Below are positions 43,395 through 55,386 of a stretch of 64,000 nucleotides of DNA, in pieces; the stretch's first letter is position 1, and each line of letters begins with the position of its first letter. The notes below the pieces were generated by a model that worked only from the letters and a program-made list of their open reading frames with translations, searched no databases and was not told the DNA's origin. The stretch comes from Alloascoidea hylecoeti (Eukaryota): positions 416,613 to 480,612 of the forward strand of contig BCKZ01000001.1 in NCBI GenBank assembly GCA_001600815.1, read 5' to 3'. Made by a program: the position numbers and the translations under genes.

Positions 43395-44241
43395 ATGCTT
43401 TTCAGTTCAACTCTCAGATCAATTTCCCGCACTGCTCCAAGAGCCATCCGGTTACAGGCCCCTTTGGCCAGACTTCCAACGAGAAGTGTTGTCGGCTCCA
43501 CTTTTGTCCGTAAATTCTCAGACCACCATGAAGAAACCTTTGAAGAATTCACTGTCAGGTACGTTTACATCATTGATCTATCCATTTTGAGGTTATATCC
43601 CAATAAAGGACTCTTGCAATGTTTGGGATCTTGATGCCATTGTAGTAATTACATGCTTCCAATCAATTGTGTAGCTCCAGATCTATTTCAAAGTTAAAGG
43701 TATAAAAATCATACGATTATCTAACGTTAATAATTTTTCAAATCTCTAGATTTGAAAAGGAATTCGAAGCGGCTTATGATCTTTTTGAAGTTCAGGTATG
43801 TTATCACTTCTTTGGAGATTTGAAGATAGTCAGGGATGAGGTGTAAAAAAATCTCATGATTTTTCATTCCGTTCGGGCTTCCACACCAACCAACCAACCA
43901 GAACTTTTATATTAATGTGTTGCCTTATTTTTATAGCGTGTTTTAAACAACTGTTTCTCCTATGATCTTGTTCCAGCACCATCAGTGCTTGAGAAGGCTC
44001 TTTTAGCATGCCGTCGTGTGAATGACTATGCTACCGCTGTCCGCGTGTTTGAAGGTATGTTTTTCTTGTTCATTGTTCATATGTATAAAACATTAGCTAA
44101 TATATGACTACAAAATATATAGGATTAAGAATCAAGGTTGAAAATCAAGGACAATATGATCAATATCTTGAGGAACTTAAAGATATTAGGGAAGAATTAG
44201 GTGTTACTTTAAAAGAAGACCTTTTCCCAGAAGGTGCTTAG
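43395..44241 (+). CDS. COX6: Cytochrome c oxidase subunit VI (COX5A family); 4 exons
   Basis: Introns 43559-43749, 43796-43936 and 44055-44122 give presequence + HHEETFEEFTVRFEKEFEAAYDLFEVQRVLNNCFSYDLVPAPSVLEKALLACRRVNDYATAVRVFEGLRIKVEN... Confidence 0.96.
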
Positions 44242-44574
44242 ATCAGAAAATAGATAAAATGAACAATATATATAATTGAATATTGATTCAAAATAAGAAA
44301 GAAATTCAATGTTTTTTTTATTTTATTTTACATTTATGTTAAAAAGGTCATATTAGACCAATTAATTTTAATATTTTTGTCAATTGCCAATTTGTTACTT
44401 GGAGCTTATTTCATTATTCTTGATTGGTTTGAATAATATAGTATATCTACTCGGAATATAGTAGGAATAGGTTTGCATTTAAATATAGCGATACTCTTTT
44501 TCTAATATTATAATACATGCTTAAGTTATGTTGTAGATCCAAATATGATATTATGCATTTTAATATTTAACAAA

Positions 44575-45078
44575 TTAATATTCATCATAATCATCTTGTT
44601 CGCTTTCTCCTCCACTTTGTCGTACGTCGTCTCTTTCACGATCAGAATACCTCGATCCTCCTGTTTCTTGTGTTTCTTCGGCTACAGCTTCACAGGCATC
44701 TATCCATTCACTGTATACATCTATCGGTGCTGAAAGAACTGTAGAATATGTCAATAAATATATAGGAAAGTTTATATACATCTGCAACTTACCATTTATA
44801 GGAGCTTGAAATGTTTGACCACAAATTTTACAGTAAAGACTTCCAATACCAAGTTTTTTATCCATATTACAAATAACTGATTTTTCATGGTTACAAAATA
44901 AACAGGAAAATTGTGTATCTAGCTTTAAAACAAGCTTCTTCTTAGGTCCTCTAGAGGTCTTCTTGCGTTTCCCCTATATATAGATAAACCAACAATTGAA
45001 AAACTGGTTAAAAATCCTTATATTTCCAAATTATATTTCCAAATTATATTAAATGTGAAATTAAAACTGACATACCAT
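44575..45078 (-). CDS. ELF1: Transcription elongation factor Elf1; 3 exons
   Basis: ATG-only exon, intron 44974-45075, then GKRKK...[12 protein letters not shown]...CKICGQTFQ, intron 44739-44792, then [16 protein letters not shown]. Confidence 0.95.
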
Positions 45079-45193
45079 GTTTTTTTTTGGTTACAACGAA
45101 TTGTAAAGTGCAGTCAAATTTATATTATCATGGGTGCATGGGTGTTTGAATAATAATACTCCACGTGGTCGAAGGTTTTATAATTTCATATAG

Positions 45194-45224
45194 TTACCCG
45201 GTCTCATCGCGACTGAAAAAAAAA
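45194..45224 (+). promoter_or_regulatory. Reb1-like site, PAC element and RRPE-like A-tract upstream of the L1-domain gene
   Basis: TTACCCGG (45194-45201), CTCATCGC (45203-45210) and TGAAAAAAAAA (45214-45224). Confidence 0.6.
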
Positions 45225-45292
45225 GGTTTTTTTATAATTAATTTTTTTGTCAAATTTTATTCATAATAAATTTTCAATTAAAAAAGGAAAAA

Positions 45293-46750
45293 ATGGCTAA
45301 TGAATCGATTTTGAATATAGAAGCTGTTGGAAAGGCTTCAGATGAGCTTTTAAAGTATATTAAAAATTCCGTTAAAAAGGATGAAGAAACCAATGATAAG
45401 AAGAATTTATTAGAAGATGCTGAAGATATTCAAGAAAGTACAGATATCTTTTTACAAATAATAACGAAGAAATTTATTTCTGGAAAGAAAAATTTTAAAC
45501 CTAAGAAGATGTAAGTAGATACATTTTGAAATATTAATTTATTATTTTTTCAAGTTTGCTAACGAAAATTCCTTAAATTTTTATTAATAATATATAGTCC
45601 AGTACCAAATCCAATTTTTGATGAAACAGCAAAAATTTGTCTTTTTACAAATGATCCAGAAAGTGCTTATGAAAGTGTATTACTTTCATCTGAAAATGAA
45701 ACAGAAGGAAAAGATTTAAAAAATTTAAAAAGAATTAATAAAATTATTGGTAATTTAAAACTAAAAGGAGAATTTAAATCATATGAAAGTAGAAGAAAAT
45801 TATATTCAGAATATGATTTATTCCTTTCTAGTGAAAGTATTGTACCTCGTTTACCAAAATTGCTTGGGAAAAGTTTCTATTCAAAATCAAAACTTCCATT
45901 GACTATTAGGACTGAATCTGGATCTGTTAAAGCAAAGAATAATAAAAATAAAAATTCTTTAAAAACCAAAAAGTCTAAAAAAGTAGAAGAGGATGAAGAT
46001 GAAGAAGATGAAGATTTAGCAAAAAAATATAATATTAGTGTTACTGCTGTTAATAATGAAATTGGTAAAATTCTTAATTCAGTACATGTTATTTTACCAA
46101 ATAATGTTACAACATCAGTTAAAATTGGATCTGGTAAATTTTCTTCAAAACAGTTAACTGAAAATATTGATTCTGTTGTTAATCATTTCATTAATAAATT
46201 AATTCCATCAAAAGTTGATGGATTAAGAGCTGTTTATATTAAAACAAGCAAAAGTCCTGCAATTCCAATATTTTATAATAAAGAATTGTTTGAAACTGAA
46301 GATGATATTATTTCAGATGTTGAATTATCAAATGATGGTGAAACAAATCCAATTAAAAATAAAAAAAGGAAAAGAAATACAAATGTTGAAGATTTAGAAG
46401 CTGATATTGATGTACCAGAAGGTGCTAATCTTTCAAATTTTGAAAAAGCATTAACTGAAATCGTTGATGAAGATAGTTTACCAAAATCTATCAAGAAGAA
46501 AATTAGTAAAGGTCTTAAGAAGCAGAAATTAGCTGCTTCTGAAAAGGCTAAAGAATTGGAACTTGAAGCAGAGAAACAAAAGAAAGAAGAAGAATTAAAA
46601 GAAAAAACAAAGGTAAAATCTTCAAAAAAAGCAAAAGAACCAAAACAAAAATCTTCCAAAAAAGTAACAAAAGTAGAAAAATCAAAGAAAACTACAAATG
46701 AAACTGACAAAAAGAAGAAATCTAAACATTCTAAGAAGAGTGCAAAATAA
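45293..46750 (+). CDS. Ribosomal L1-domain ribosome-biogenesis factor (Cic1/Utp30 family); 2 exons
   Basis: Intron 45511-45597. KPKKIPVPNP, ICLFTNDP, KLKGEFKSYESRRKLYSEYDLFL, LPKLLGKSFY, YIKTSKSPAIPIF, and a Lys-rich tail. Confidence 0.88.
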
Positions 46751-46809
46751 AATAGCTTGTATTTATAGATATATAATAATATATAAGTAAAATCCATGTT
46801 ACTATACCA

Positions 46810-47814
46810 CTATATCACTGGTGGTCTACCAGTTTTAAACCTTTGTAATTGTTCCGCTATACGAGGATTAAATACATTGTTCTCATCATCATCGAAAAAG
46901 GATTCAAGGACAATAATCGGAGTGCTTGGTGTTTTATCCTCTGTATTATAATCTTTTTCCTCATTTCCCAATAAACGTACAATAGATGAAGGCGTAGGAG
47001 GAGCTTGTGATTGATCATTATCGTTTGTAATAGAATTTGGTGGTTCCAAACTTGTTGTAGATATTTCAGATATGTTACGTTTGTTTGATTTTGTAGTTAA
47101 ATCATGTGGTTCGATTATATCACCTAATTTTTGGAATAATAGTTCTGAAAATTCATGTGCTAAATCTGTATGTACCGGATCTCTGTTTGGTTCATCTTCA
47201 AATCTTGATTCCCATCCTTCTGGGGGTGATGGAGGTGGGGATATAATAAATAATTTACCAGGATCTGGCAAAAGTAAATGGCCAGTTGCATCGCTTATCT
47301 TAGAGTGACTGGTATTCTTGAAAACGTCTTCCTCCTCTTCTTCTTCTTCTTCTTCTTCTTCTTCCTTACTTTGTTCTCGTTCTTTAAGACGTTGTGTAGC
47401 AATACTTGCCTTATTGTCTGTAGAGCTTTCATTTGAAATGGCGCCTGTATTTATAGTTAAATGTTTCTTTGTTGGGACGGCAGCTTCAATTCCAAAACTT
47501 ACACGTAAAGAACCACCACTTTCATGTGGATAACTTTCAATAAATGTTTTAGCTATGGCAGCCTCTTCACCTGAGCCAAATACGGCAATGACTCTTCGAA
47601 AGGTTTTTAGTGGAGCCCAGTGGTATATGGATATTTTTTCATTTTCATTTTGGTTGGTGGAGAATGCCAGTAGTGAGGTCTCTAGTTGTTTAACAAACGC
47701 ATCGGCTTGTGAGGATCCGTTCTCGGTAGTAGAACTGGGCTTGAAATCTTCAGGCTGCAGTCCTAGGATGATAAGAGTCTTTGAAGGGTTTGAATCAGAT
47801 AAGTCCTCAGACAT
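46810..47814 (-). CDS. RCN1: Calcipressin (calcineurin regulator)
   Basis: RRM-like LKTFRRVIAVF, the signature KLFIISPPPSPPEGW, and a PxIxIT-like TPIIVLE. The first ATG is at 47814. Confidence 0.88.
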   Translation of the reverse strand: MSEDLSDSNPSKTLIILGLQPEDFKPSSTTENGSSQADAFVKQLETSLLAFSTNQNENEKISIYHWAPLKTFRRVIAVFGSGEEAAIAKTFIESYPHESGGSLRVSFGIEAAVPTKKHLTINTGAISNESSTDNKASIATQRLKEREQSKEEEEEEEEEEEEDVFKNTSHSKISDATGHLLLPDPGKLFIISPPPSPPEGWESRFEDEPNRDPVHTDLAHEFSELLFQKLGDIIEPHDLTTKSNKRNISEISTTSLEPPNSITNDNDQSQAPPTPSSIVRLLGNEEKDYNTEDKTPSTPIIVLESFFDDDENNVFNPRIAEQLQRFKTGRPPVI

Positions 47815-47918
47815 TTTAGTAGTATTATAGTATGTTTTTAAAGATATAAGTTTATAGATTATATAGGATGGAAGGTGGCACATATTTATAATTTATAGGC
47901 ACATTGCCTCCTTCATGA

Positions 47919-48509
47919 TCAAACCAAATATTTTCTGAAATATAGAACACCAGGAAGTGGGTTAAAATAATACGCTTCAGCCCTCTCAAATCCCAATTTT
48001 TTGTATAGAACACATGCCGATTCTAGCCTTGGTAAGGTGTCCAATACCATCACTTCATAATTACATTCCTTCTTTGCTAAGGACTCCAACAACTTCGCCA
48101 AATAAGCACCCAACCGTAGTTTGCGGAATTTAGGCAGAATGAAGAGGCGCTTCATTTCACAGCCATTGACACTTCCGGAAATTCCAAGTCGTTGCTCTGT
48201 TTCAAGATCTCTGCATTTCGGAGGAATATCTCGTTTCTTGATCGAACCGCAACAAACCAATTCCTTGCCAATCTGTGTTCTTCCAATGAGTAGTAGTCCG
48301 TTTTCTAAAGGACCGTAAACCCCAGGTAACGATGAAATTTCATGATCAAAATCTTGGAAATCCAAATTTTCACCAAGCTCAGTTTGATATGCCAGAAATA
48401 ACGTTTTAATGTCTTCAAAGTCTTCTTTTGTTGTTGCTTGCTCAATAATGATTTTATCTGGAGAGATTAAGTCATTCGAGAACTCAATTGGAGTACTTAC
48501 GACTGTCAT
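47919..48509 (-). CDS. GNAT-family N-acetyltransferase, copy 1
   Basis: LDFQDFDHEISSLPGVY, CEMKRLFI, MVLDTL...LYKKLGF...YYFNP. Start at ATG 48509. Confidence 0.88.
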   Translation of the reverse strand: MTVVSTPIEFSNDLISPDKIIIEQATTKEDFEDIKTLFLAYQTELGENLDFQDFDHEISSLPGVYGPLENGLLLIGRTQIGKELVCCGSIKKRDIPPKCRDLETEQRLGISGSVNGCEMKRLFILPKFRKLRLGAYLAKLLESLAKKECNYEVMVLDTLPRLESACVLYKKLGFERAEAYYFNPLPGVLYFRKYLV

Positions 48510-48607
48510 TTTTGGTAAATTTGAAACTTTGAAACTGTTTTCAGGATATAGATATGAATAAAAGATAAAAGTGTATGTGAAGGAGAGGTCGTCCGAACCG
48601 CCACTTA

Positions 48608-48647
48608 TCAATTACTCAATTCCTCAATTCCTCAATTCCTCAATTAC
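48608..48647 (+). repeat. 8-bp tandem repeat TCAATT(A/C)C x5
   Basis: Read directly from the sequence; lies between the two GNAT genes. Confidence 0.85.
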
Positions 48648-48734
48648 TCATTTTCAATCGCAATTTCAGCTTTCAATTCATTCATATATACAATACTATT
48701 ATTATTAATTAATTATAAATATACACAGTAACAC

Positions 48735-49304
48735 TCAACTCAAGTACTTCCGATAATAAACAACGCCCTCCTTCGGATTAATGTAATAGGGACCTATTTC
48801 TTCAAATCCTAAACTTCGATATAATTTACAAGCCGGTATAAACCTATCCAATGTATCTAAAACCATAACATCATAACAATAATTTATTTTAGATATTTCA
48901 ACAAGTAAATTTGCTAAAAATTTCCCAATTCCAATATTTCTAAAATTTTCATTTATAAAAAGTCTTTTCATTTCACATGCTTTTATATTTTCATCATATT
49001 TTAAAAGTTTTTTAGATTGTTTTGGTAATTCCATTTTTCTTAATGCTCCACAACAAACCAATTGTCCACTATATTCCGTTAAACCAATTAATAAGATACC
49101 ATGACGCCGGGGACAATATTTACCTGGTAATGTATCCAATTCTTTTTCAAAATCCTGAAAATCTAATAAAACGTCCAATTCTTGAGCATATTGGAGAAAT
49201 AGCTGACGAACGTTTACTAAGTCATCTTTAGAAACCGCTTGTTTTATTATGATTGGCTCTGGATAATCTGGATGGACGTATTCAATTGGGAGTTGAATTG
49301 ACAT
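48735..49304 (-). CDS. GNAT-family N-acetyltransferase, copy 2
   Basis: LDFQDFEKELDTLPGKY, CEMKRLFI...FRNIGIGK (acetyl-CoA motif A), MVLDTL and YYINP. Confidence 0.9.
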   Translation of the reverse strand: MSIQLPIEYVHPDYPEPIIIKQAVSKDDLVNVRQLFLQYAQELDVLLDFQDFEKELDTLPGKYCPRRHGILLIGLTEYSGQLVCCGALRKMELPKQSKKLLKYDENIKACEMKRLFINENFRNIGIGKFLANLLVEISKINYCYDVMVLDTLDRFIPACKLYRSLGFEEIGPYYINPKEGVVYYRKYLS

Positions 49305-51238
49305 TATAGTTGAATTGAAATACTCGGAATTGAATTGTTAATTAAGAATTAAGAATGAGAATTAGAAATAAAGAATTAGGAATTAGGAATTGAGAATTTG
49401 AAAGAGAGAAAAAAACAAGTGAATTGATAGGTATATATAGGAAATATGAAATAGGGGGGAGATAATATTTATAAAGAGATAGTTAGATAATCTATATATA
49501 TCTCACAGTTGCAATATTTTATTATTTCACTTAATTGGAATATTTGAGATAATTGAAATATTTGGGAATTGGAACATGAAATATCTCGATTAACAATCTT
49601 AAAATTCGAGAAATGGTGAATGTTTCACCATAATTTTGTAGATATAATTAAATATTTTGTAGATTAAATGGTATATTTATCAAACTCAATTGTACCAGTA
49701 CACAAATACGATAAGGTTGGTATCAATTTAAATATTAATATACATGTTGTCGATCTAACAAAAGACACCTTGGCGGAACCTTCATATTGGCTGGTATTAA
49801 CAGAAACTGCAAAACCCATTACTGGTCTTAAGCTTTACATTAGGGACCACGGTACAGTGAAGATTCTACGCATATCGGTCCTTCACCTATAGCTAGTATC
49901 TAATCAGCTAGTTCGAAACGTCTTTTCTACGTATAAAAGTCTATCTTCTTAGCATATAATAGTTAGTCATTCTCCACGGACACAACTGCAACTTTCACTT
50001 TTTTTCCACTCAACTTTTTCATATTATTATTTCAGCTGATAATTGTTTATAAACAGGACTACTGATAACCGTTTTAAACTAACTGAGTTAAGCTTACATG
50101 CTAGAAAAATGGTGCACCCGGAGATATATTATGAGAATTTATGACCAATTGCAATGATGTTTACAATTGCAGTTCCATTTGCAAGCTGATAATATTGATT
50201 ATAAGTTGCAAATGAACTACTGCACGTTCGTAGCTAGTAGATCTTTCAACATTTCACAGAAAAGCATGCTGTTAAATGCAACTTTGTCTCTATGGCTAAT
50301 TAACTGCTACTTTTACTTCTAGCTGTAACAACTTGAACATGTGTAGCTTTTGTGATAGCCTTGGGTCAATTTAAAGTATGTTTACATTAACACGCAAATC
50401 ACACCTGAACACACTTTACACTCTAGATCTAAATTATAATATTTACTATCGGATTTATATTATAATCGAAATTATAATTTTATATTATTTTGAAATTATT
50501 GAGCAACTGAAAAAATATCAGATTACTATTTTATTATCATAATCAATCAAAATATAAATAAAGACCAATTAGCTAGTTAGAAGTATTTAAAAACAAAATT
50601 CAACATTCTTAGAATTACAGCTGATGTTAAACAAATTTGCAATTGCAATTGAAAAAAAGGTACATTTAACACTTCACTAAAATATTAAAAAATAGTTGAT
50701 TGTAATGTATGGGAATGAAAACTTAAAGTCATCAATCATGGAAAATCCTTAATATTAACACTGTATAACAGTGTATATTGATATATCGTCAATCATAAAC
50801 TTTTTTATTTCCTTTTTAGTAGTATATAAAAAATAAACAATTATTTCTACCAATTAACTTACAAAATATATGAAAGGAAAACAAATCATATCATTAATTA
50901 ATAAAAAATTTAAAGCTTTACCAACAGCGTTATAATTAACAAAACAAAGAAAAATAAAAAAAATAAAAAAAATAAAAAAAATAAAAGCGAAAAAACTTAT
51001 CATACCATTAAACGTCATTATTAATTGCAAATCTTTTTCATTTTTCACTTTCATTCAACGTTTTATGATTTAAAATTAAAATTTTATTATTATATTACCA
51101 TTATAAATTGAACATTATGATGGATGCTGTTCATTTTATCAAAAAACAAAAACAAAAACAAAAATATATATATATATATATATATTGAGATCAATATCGT
51201 TTTAATAATATATTGCATCATGGGAGCTGCGAAATTAA

Positions 51239-54200
51239 TTAATGTTTTGAAGAAGTTGTATTCACTTTTCTCATTTCTTCAAGTAACAAATCATACGCTT
51301 CATCAACAACTTCATTATTTTGATCAGCATTATCGAATACCTTTGAAGGCAGTTTAGTTGATGATGAATTGACGTGTTCCTTGTCATTTCCAGTCTCGAC
51401 TAAATTTTTCTTGTGTAGTATACTATCTTTCTCTTGATTGCTGGCATTATTCACTTGATTCTTGGCATCATCGATTTTTAAAAACAATGATGATGAAGAT
51501 GAAGATATTGACGACGTTGGTGACGAACCATTACTTGTTGTCTCATGATTTTCTTCTGCAAGGGGTGATAATGTATGAGAATTGACCGTTGTTGCTGTTG
51601 CTGCTCCACACACTGATTCTTGTTTTCTAAAAACATCTTGTAAATCAACACCATCATACTTTAATTTATTTAATATTTCAACAACACTACCAACACCTTT
51701 TGTCCTCAATAAAAGTTTTTTAACTTCTTCACCTGATAATGAAGGATGACGTTTCTTATTAATAAGAATATGATCATGATCGTGACTTATAACTTCCTCC
51801 GTGCTATTATCGTGTGATTCTCCACTTAAGTTTGAATTTGAATTTGAATTTGATGATGATGTATCCGGTGATTTAATTGAATCTGTACTAGAACCAGGAC
51901 TTGATGAATTATCATCTTTCTCTCGTTCTTCATGGCGTTTAAACATATCATCAAGACCACCATTTGCTGCAATAAATTGAGACCCAATTTTATGGATATT
52001 ACCTTCTTCAACCTCCTGTTCTCTTTTATGAATACTTGTTTCACTTGGTGTTCTGGATAATGTTGGAACGCTTGATTCATTAACTTGTTGCGGAACATCT
52101 ATGAGATCGGATTCCACAATATTAATATGAGGTACTGTTAATTGAAGGTCACGACCTAATGGTGCTGAATCATTACCGTATAGATAATTAATAAATGATG
52201 GTGAAATTGTATCCATTGCATTTGCTTGTGATTGATTATATGGAATTTCTTTATTACCATTTGTATTTGAAGTTGAAGCCGTATTTAAACCAGATGATTC
52301 ATCACTCTCATTAACATTTTCATTATCAATATGATGATGATGTAAACGTTTAGATTTCTTTTCTGCTTCTGTTTTAGCTAATCCAAGTGCTTTGCTAAGT
52401 GCAATATCAATAAAATAAAATCGTAATAATGTTTCTTTACCATCAACACTAAGTTCTCCTTTTTCTTTCATTTGAAAAAGAATTTCAATTGTGTTTTTAA
52501 TACTTGTTTGAAGTTTGTCACCACGTTTAAGAAAATCATTAATATTAAAACTTTGTGGTACATCATTTAATGCATCTGTTAATTTCTTATTTATTGTTGT
52601 AGAAACTGATGATGATGATGCACTTGATGGTGCTAATATTCTTGAAAAATTTTCTAAATCTTCAACATCTATATCTTTTCCAAAGACTGGTGTTTGCATA
52701 CCACTATTTCCACCAGTTGGTTCATAGTCTAAATCTTCTAATATATTTTCAAAGTCATTAACATTGGTAGTTGTAGGGGCCTTTTCAGGATCATTGCTAT
52801 CATCTCCTGTGTGGTGACCATAAACAACATTCTCCATATTTTTCATACAATAATAATGAAGTGCTTCTTGATACCTTTTTGGTAAGAAATCAGGTTCAAC
52901 TTCTAAACTTGTTAATGTATGAGATGCTTTAACAGATAATAATAAAGCAACAGCTGCCATATCATTCTTATCTTCAATTTCAATTTCAATTTTATCCTTT
53001 TCTTTATCATCAGTAGAATCTTCTGAATTTTGTTGAGGTTCAATAGTTTCTCTTTCATTTCCAAGCATACTGAGATATCCTAAATTTCTACCAACTCCAA
53101 TTAATTCAGCTATTCCAATTATACTTTCATTGCTTAATTTATTATGATCAAGATTTAAACGTCTTAAGTGTTTATAAAAGGGCATTACTAACATTAAATG
53201 AGGTATAATATCAGGAAATATTTGAGGTAAATGAGATAAATCTAAAAACCCAAGTCTATGTTGTGTTAAAACACTTAATAATGATATAAAAGAATTTGAA
53301 ACAGTTAATTTTGTTGATGAAAGATTAAGAAATCGAATTCCTCTATCTGATTTATACATATGATTAACGCCATCAGATGGTGAAAGGTGTGTACCTGATT
53401 GATTTGAATGAACCATTTGTCTAAAAGCTTCAATAAAAGGATTCAATTTCGTTTCTAAATCGTTATGACTAAGATCAAGAGCATGACATATAACATCTGG
53501 ATTAAGTAACCATTTCCCAACAATTTTACACATTGATGTGGTTAATTTATTATGAGCAAGTCCTACTTTTTTCATACCATAAGGAAATCCTCTAATTAAT
53601 AAATCCTTTAATTGTTCATCAGATAATAAACAACCATTTAATGTTAATTCTTCAATTTTAGGATAATTTTGTTTATTTTCGGAGTTCATTTGGGTTAAAG
53701 ATCGTTCCCTAGTAACAGAAGCCAATAAAGTCCAATTAAGTTGAGCTCTTCCATATTCATCACCTTCCATTCTTGTTAAAACAGTATCAGCATTTCTAAT
53801 CTTTTCTCTCTTTTTAACCAGACTCATTGGTGGTGCTTGTGTTAAATCAAGTGACATTAAACTACGATTAACACTTAGAAACCAACATAAAATTTCCCAT
53901 CCTTCTTCATCAATAATAACATTTGATAGATTAATCTTTGAGATATATTTAGAATAAACAACTGAAGAAAGAATTATTCGAAGTTGTCGAGATGATAAAC
54001 AAATATCTTCAAATGATAAAGATTGGACTGGTATTATACCTAAAAAATCTGCAAATGATAAAATTTCAATCATTGATGGTCTGACATTATGCAGACGTAA
54101 AAATGGTATGGGGGTTGATGTAAAAAGTTTCACTTGCTTTAAAGTTGATGGAATTGGGAGGATCTCACGAAGATGACAACATCTTGTGTAGACTATGTCA

Positions 54201-55049
54201 AGTGGAACATTGATAGGATCGCCTTTACGGTCCATAGTTAAATGAGACTGTTCAGTTTTTGAGATATGATGTGATGGATCAGTTGTCTTGTCGATAGTAA
54301 TATTTTTAGAATCTTGTTCGTTGTATTCACCACCACTAGTTCCAACTATAGGAGGAGGTGCTCGAGCAACCAAATTACTTTTTTCAGTTCTTTTAGAACA
54401 ATCGTGATGAGGAATAAAAACTTCAACCACAGATCCATTGATACATTTCCGAACTATGAGCCCCGAGCCATCTGGCTTAACTTCCACATTTCCTTTTTTG
54501 GGAAGTTTTCCTGGGATCAATTGTGGAGGATCATTTGTGAAGGTGTCGACAGCAAACGAAATATATTTTAGTGGTTTCACATCAGAGAGCCCATTTATCG
54601 ATTTAGGCGGCAATGCTCTGTTTTTGTTTTTGCAGTATATCGTTGGTAAAGGAGGGGAGGTGGATGTCAATGGTGACGGTGATGGCGATGCAGATGACGT
54701 TGTTAGGGCCCTTTTTCGACGTAGAGAATGAAGAAAAGACAGTCGGCGTTCTCCCCCCCCTACTTCTTGTTGTTGGGGAGTGTCTGCTACTGGGGAGGTC
54801 GCTGGTGGCTCCACAGATTCAGTGGAGTGGCCATTGTAGTTGGGGACCTTAAAGACTGGACTTAAAGGTTCGTCGTCCTTTTCTTTTCTTAATTTGTGGG
54901 AGATGGATTTAAAAATGGACCCTTGGCTCCATTTTCGTGATGCTGCAGTGCATGTGGTTAGCAGGTAGAATATTACTTTTATATAGATTTGTGGATCACT
55001 TACACAGAGAATGTGAACGGCTGGGCTTGTTGGTATTGTCCCCGTCCAT
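51239..55049 (-). CDS. Gip3/Her1/Mhp1-family RNI-like LRR protein; 2 exons
   Basis: ATG 55049 and intron 54943-55003 (GTAAGT...GCTAAC...CAG) restore the frame. KYISFAVDTFTNDPPQLIP (RVxF-like), YTRCCHLREILPIPSTLKQV and RNI-type LRRs. Confidence 0.8.
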
Positions 55050-55386
55050 AGAAAACTAGCTTTGTGTGTGAAAATGTAGAGAAGAAAAGGCGGAAAAGGT
55101 TTGTTTCAATCTTGTGGAGACAGAAGAAGGAATAATAATTTGATGTGTATTCCACAAACTGATAATGTGGGATTTAAACTTAACTATTATAATCTTAATA
55201 ATGCTCGCCTGTCCGCAATTATTTTGGTGGGCCCCTAGATCATATGATGGTTAACACAAGGTCAATTATATATTAAACTATAACCATAACCCTATAAAAA
55301 TATGTACATTGACTCTCTAGTTCCAAACCCACCTTATTAAGTTAGTCCGGGGTCACAATAGACCCTTATATTCACATTATAATTAA

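Noticed and set aside
43559..43936. snoRNA in the longer COX6 introns
   Set aside because: I could not identify a convincing C/D or H/ACA box arrangement or rRNA-complementary guide by eye.
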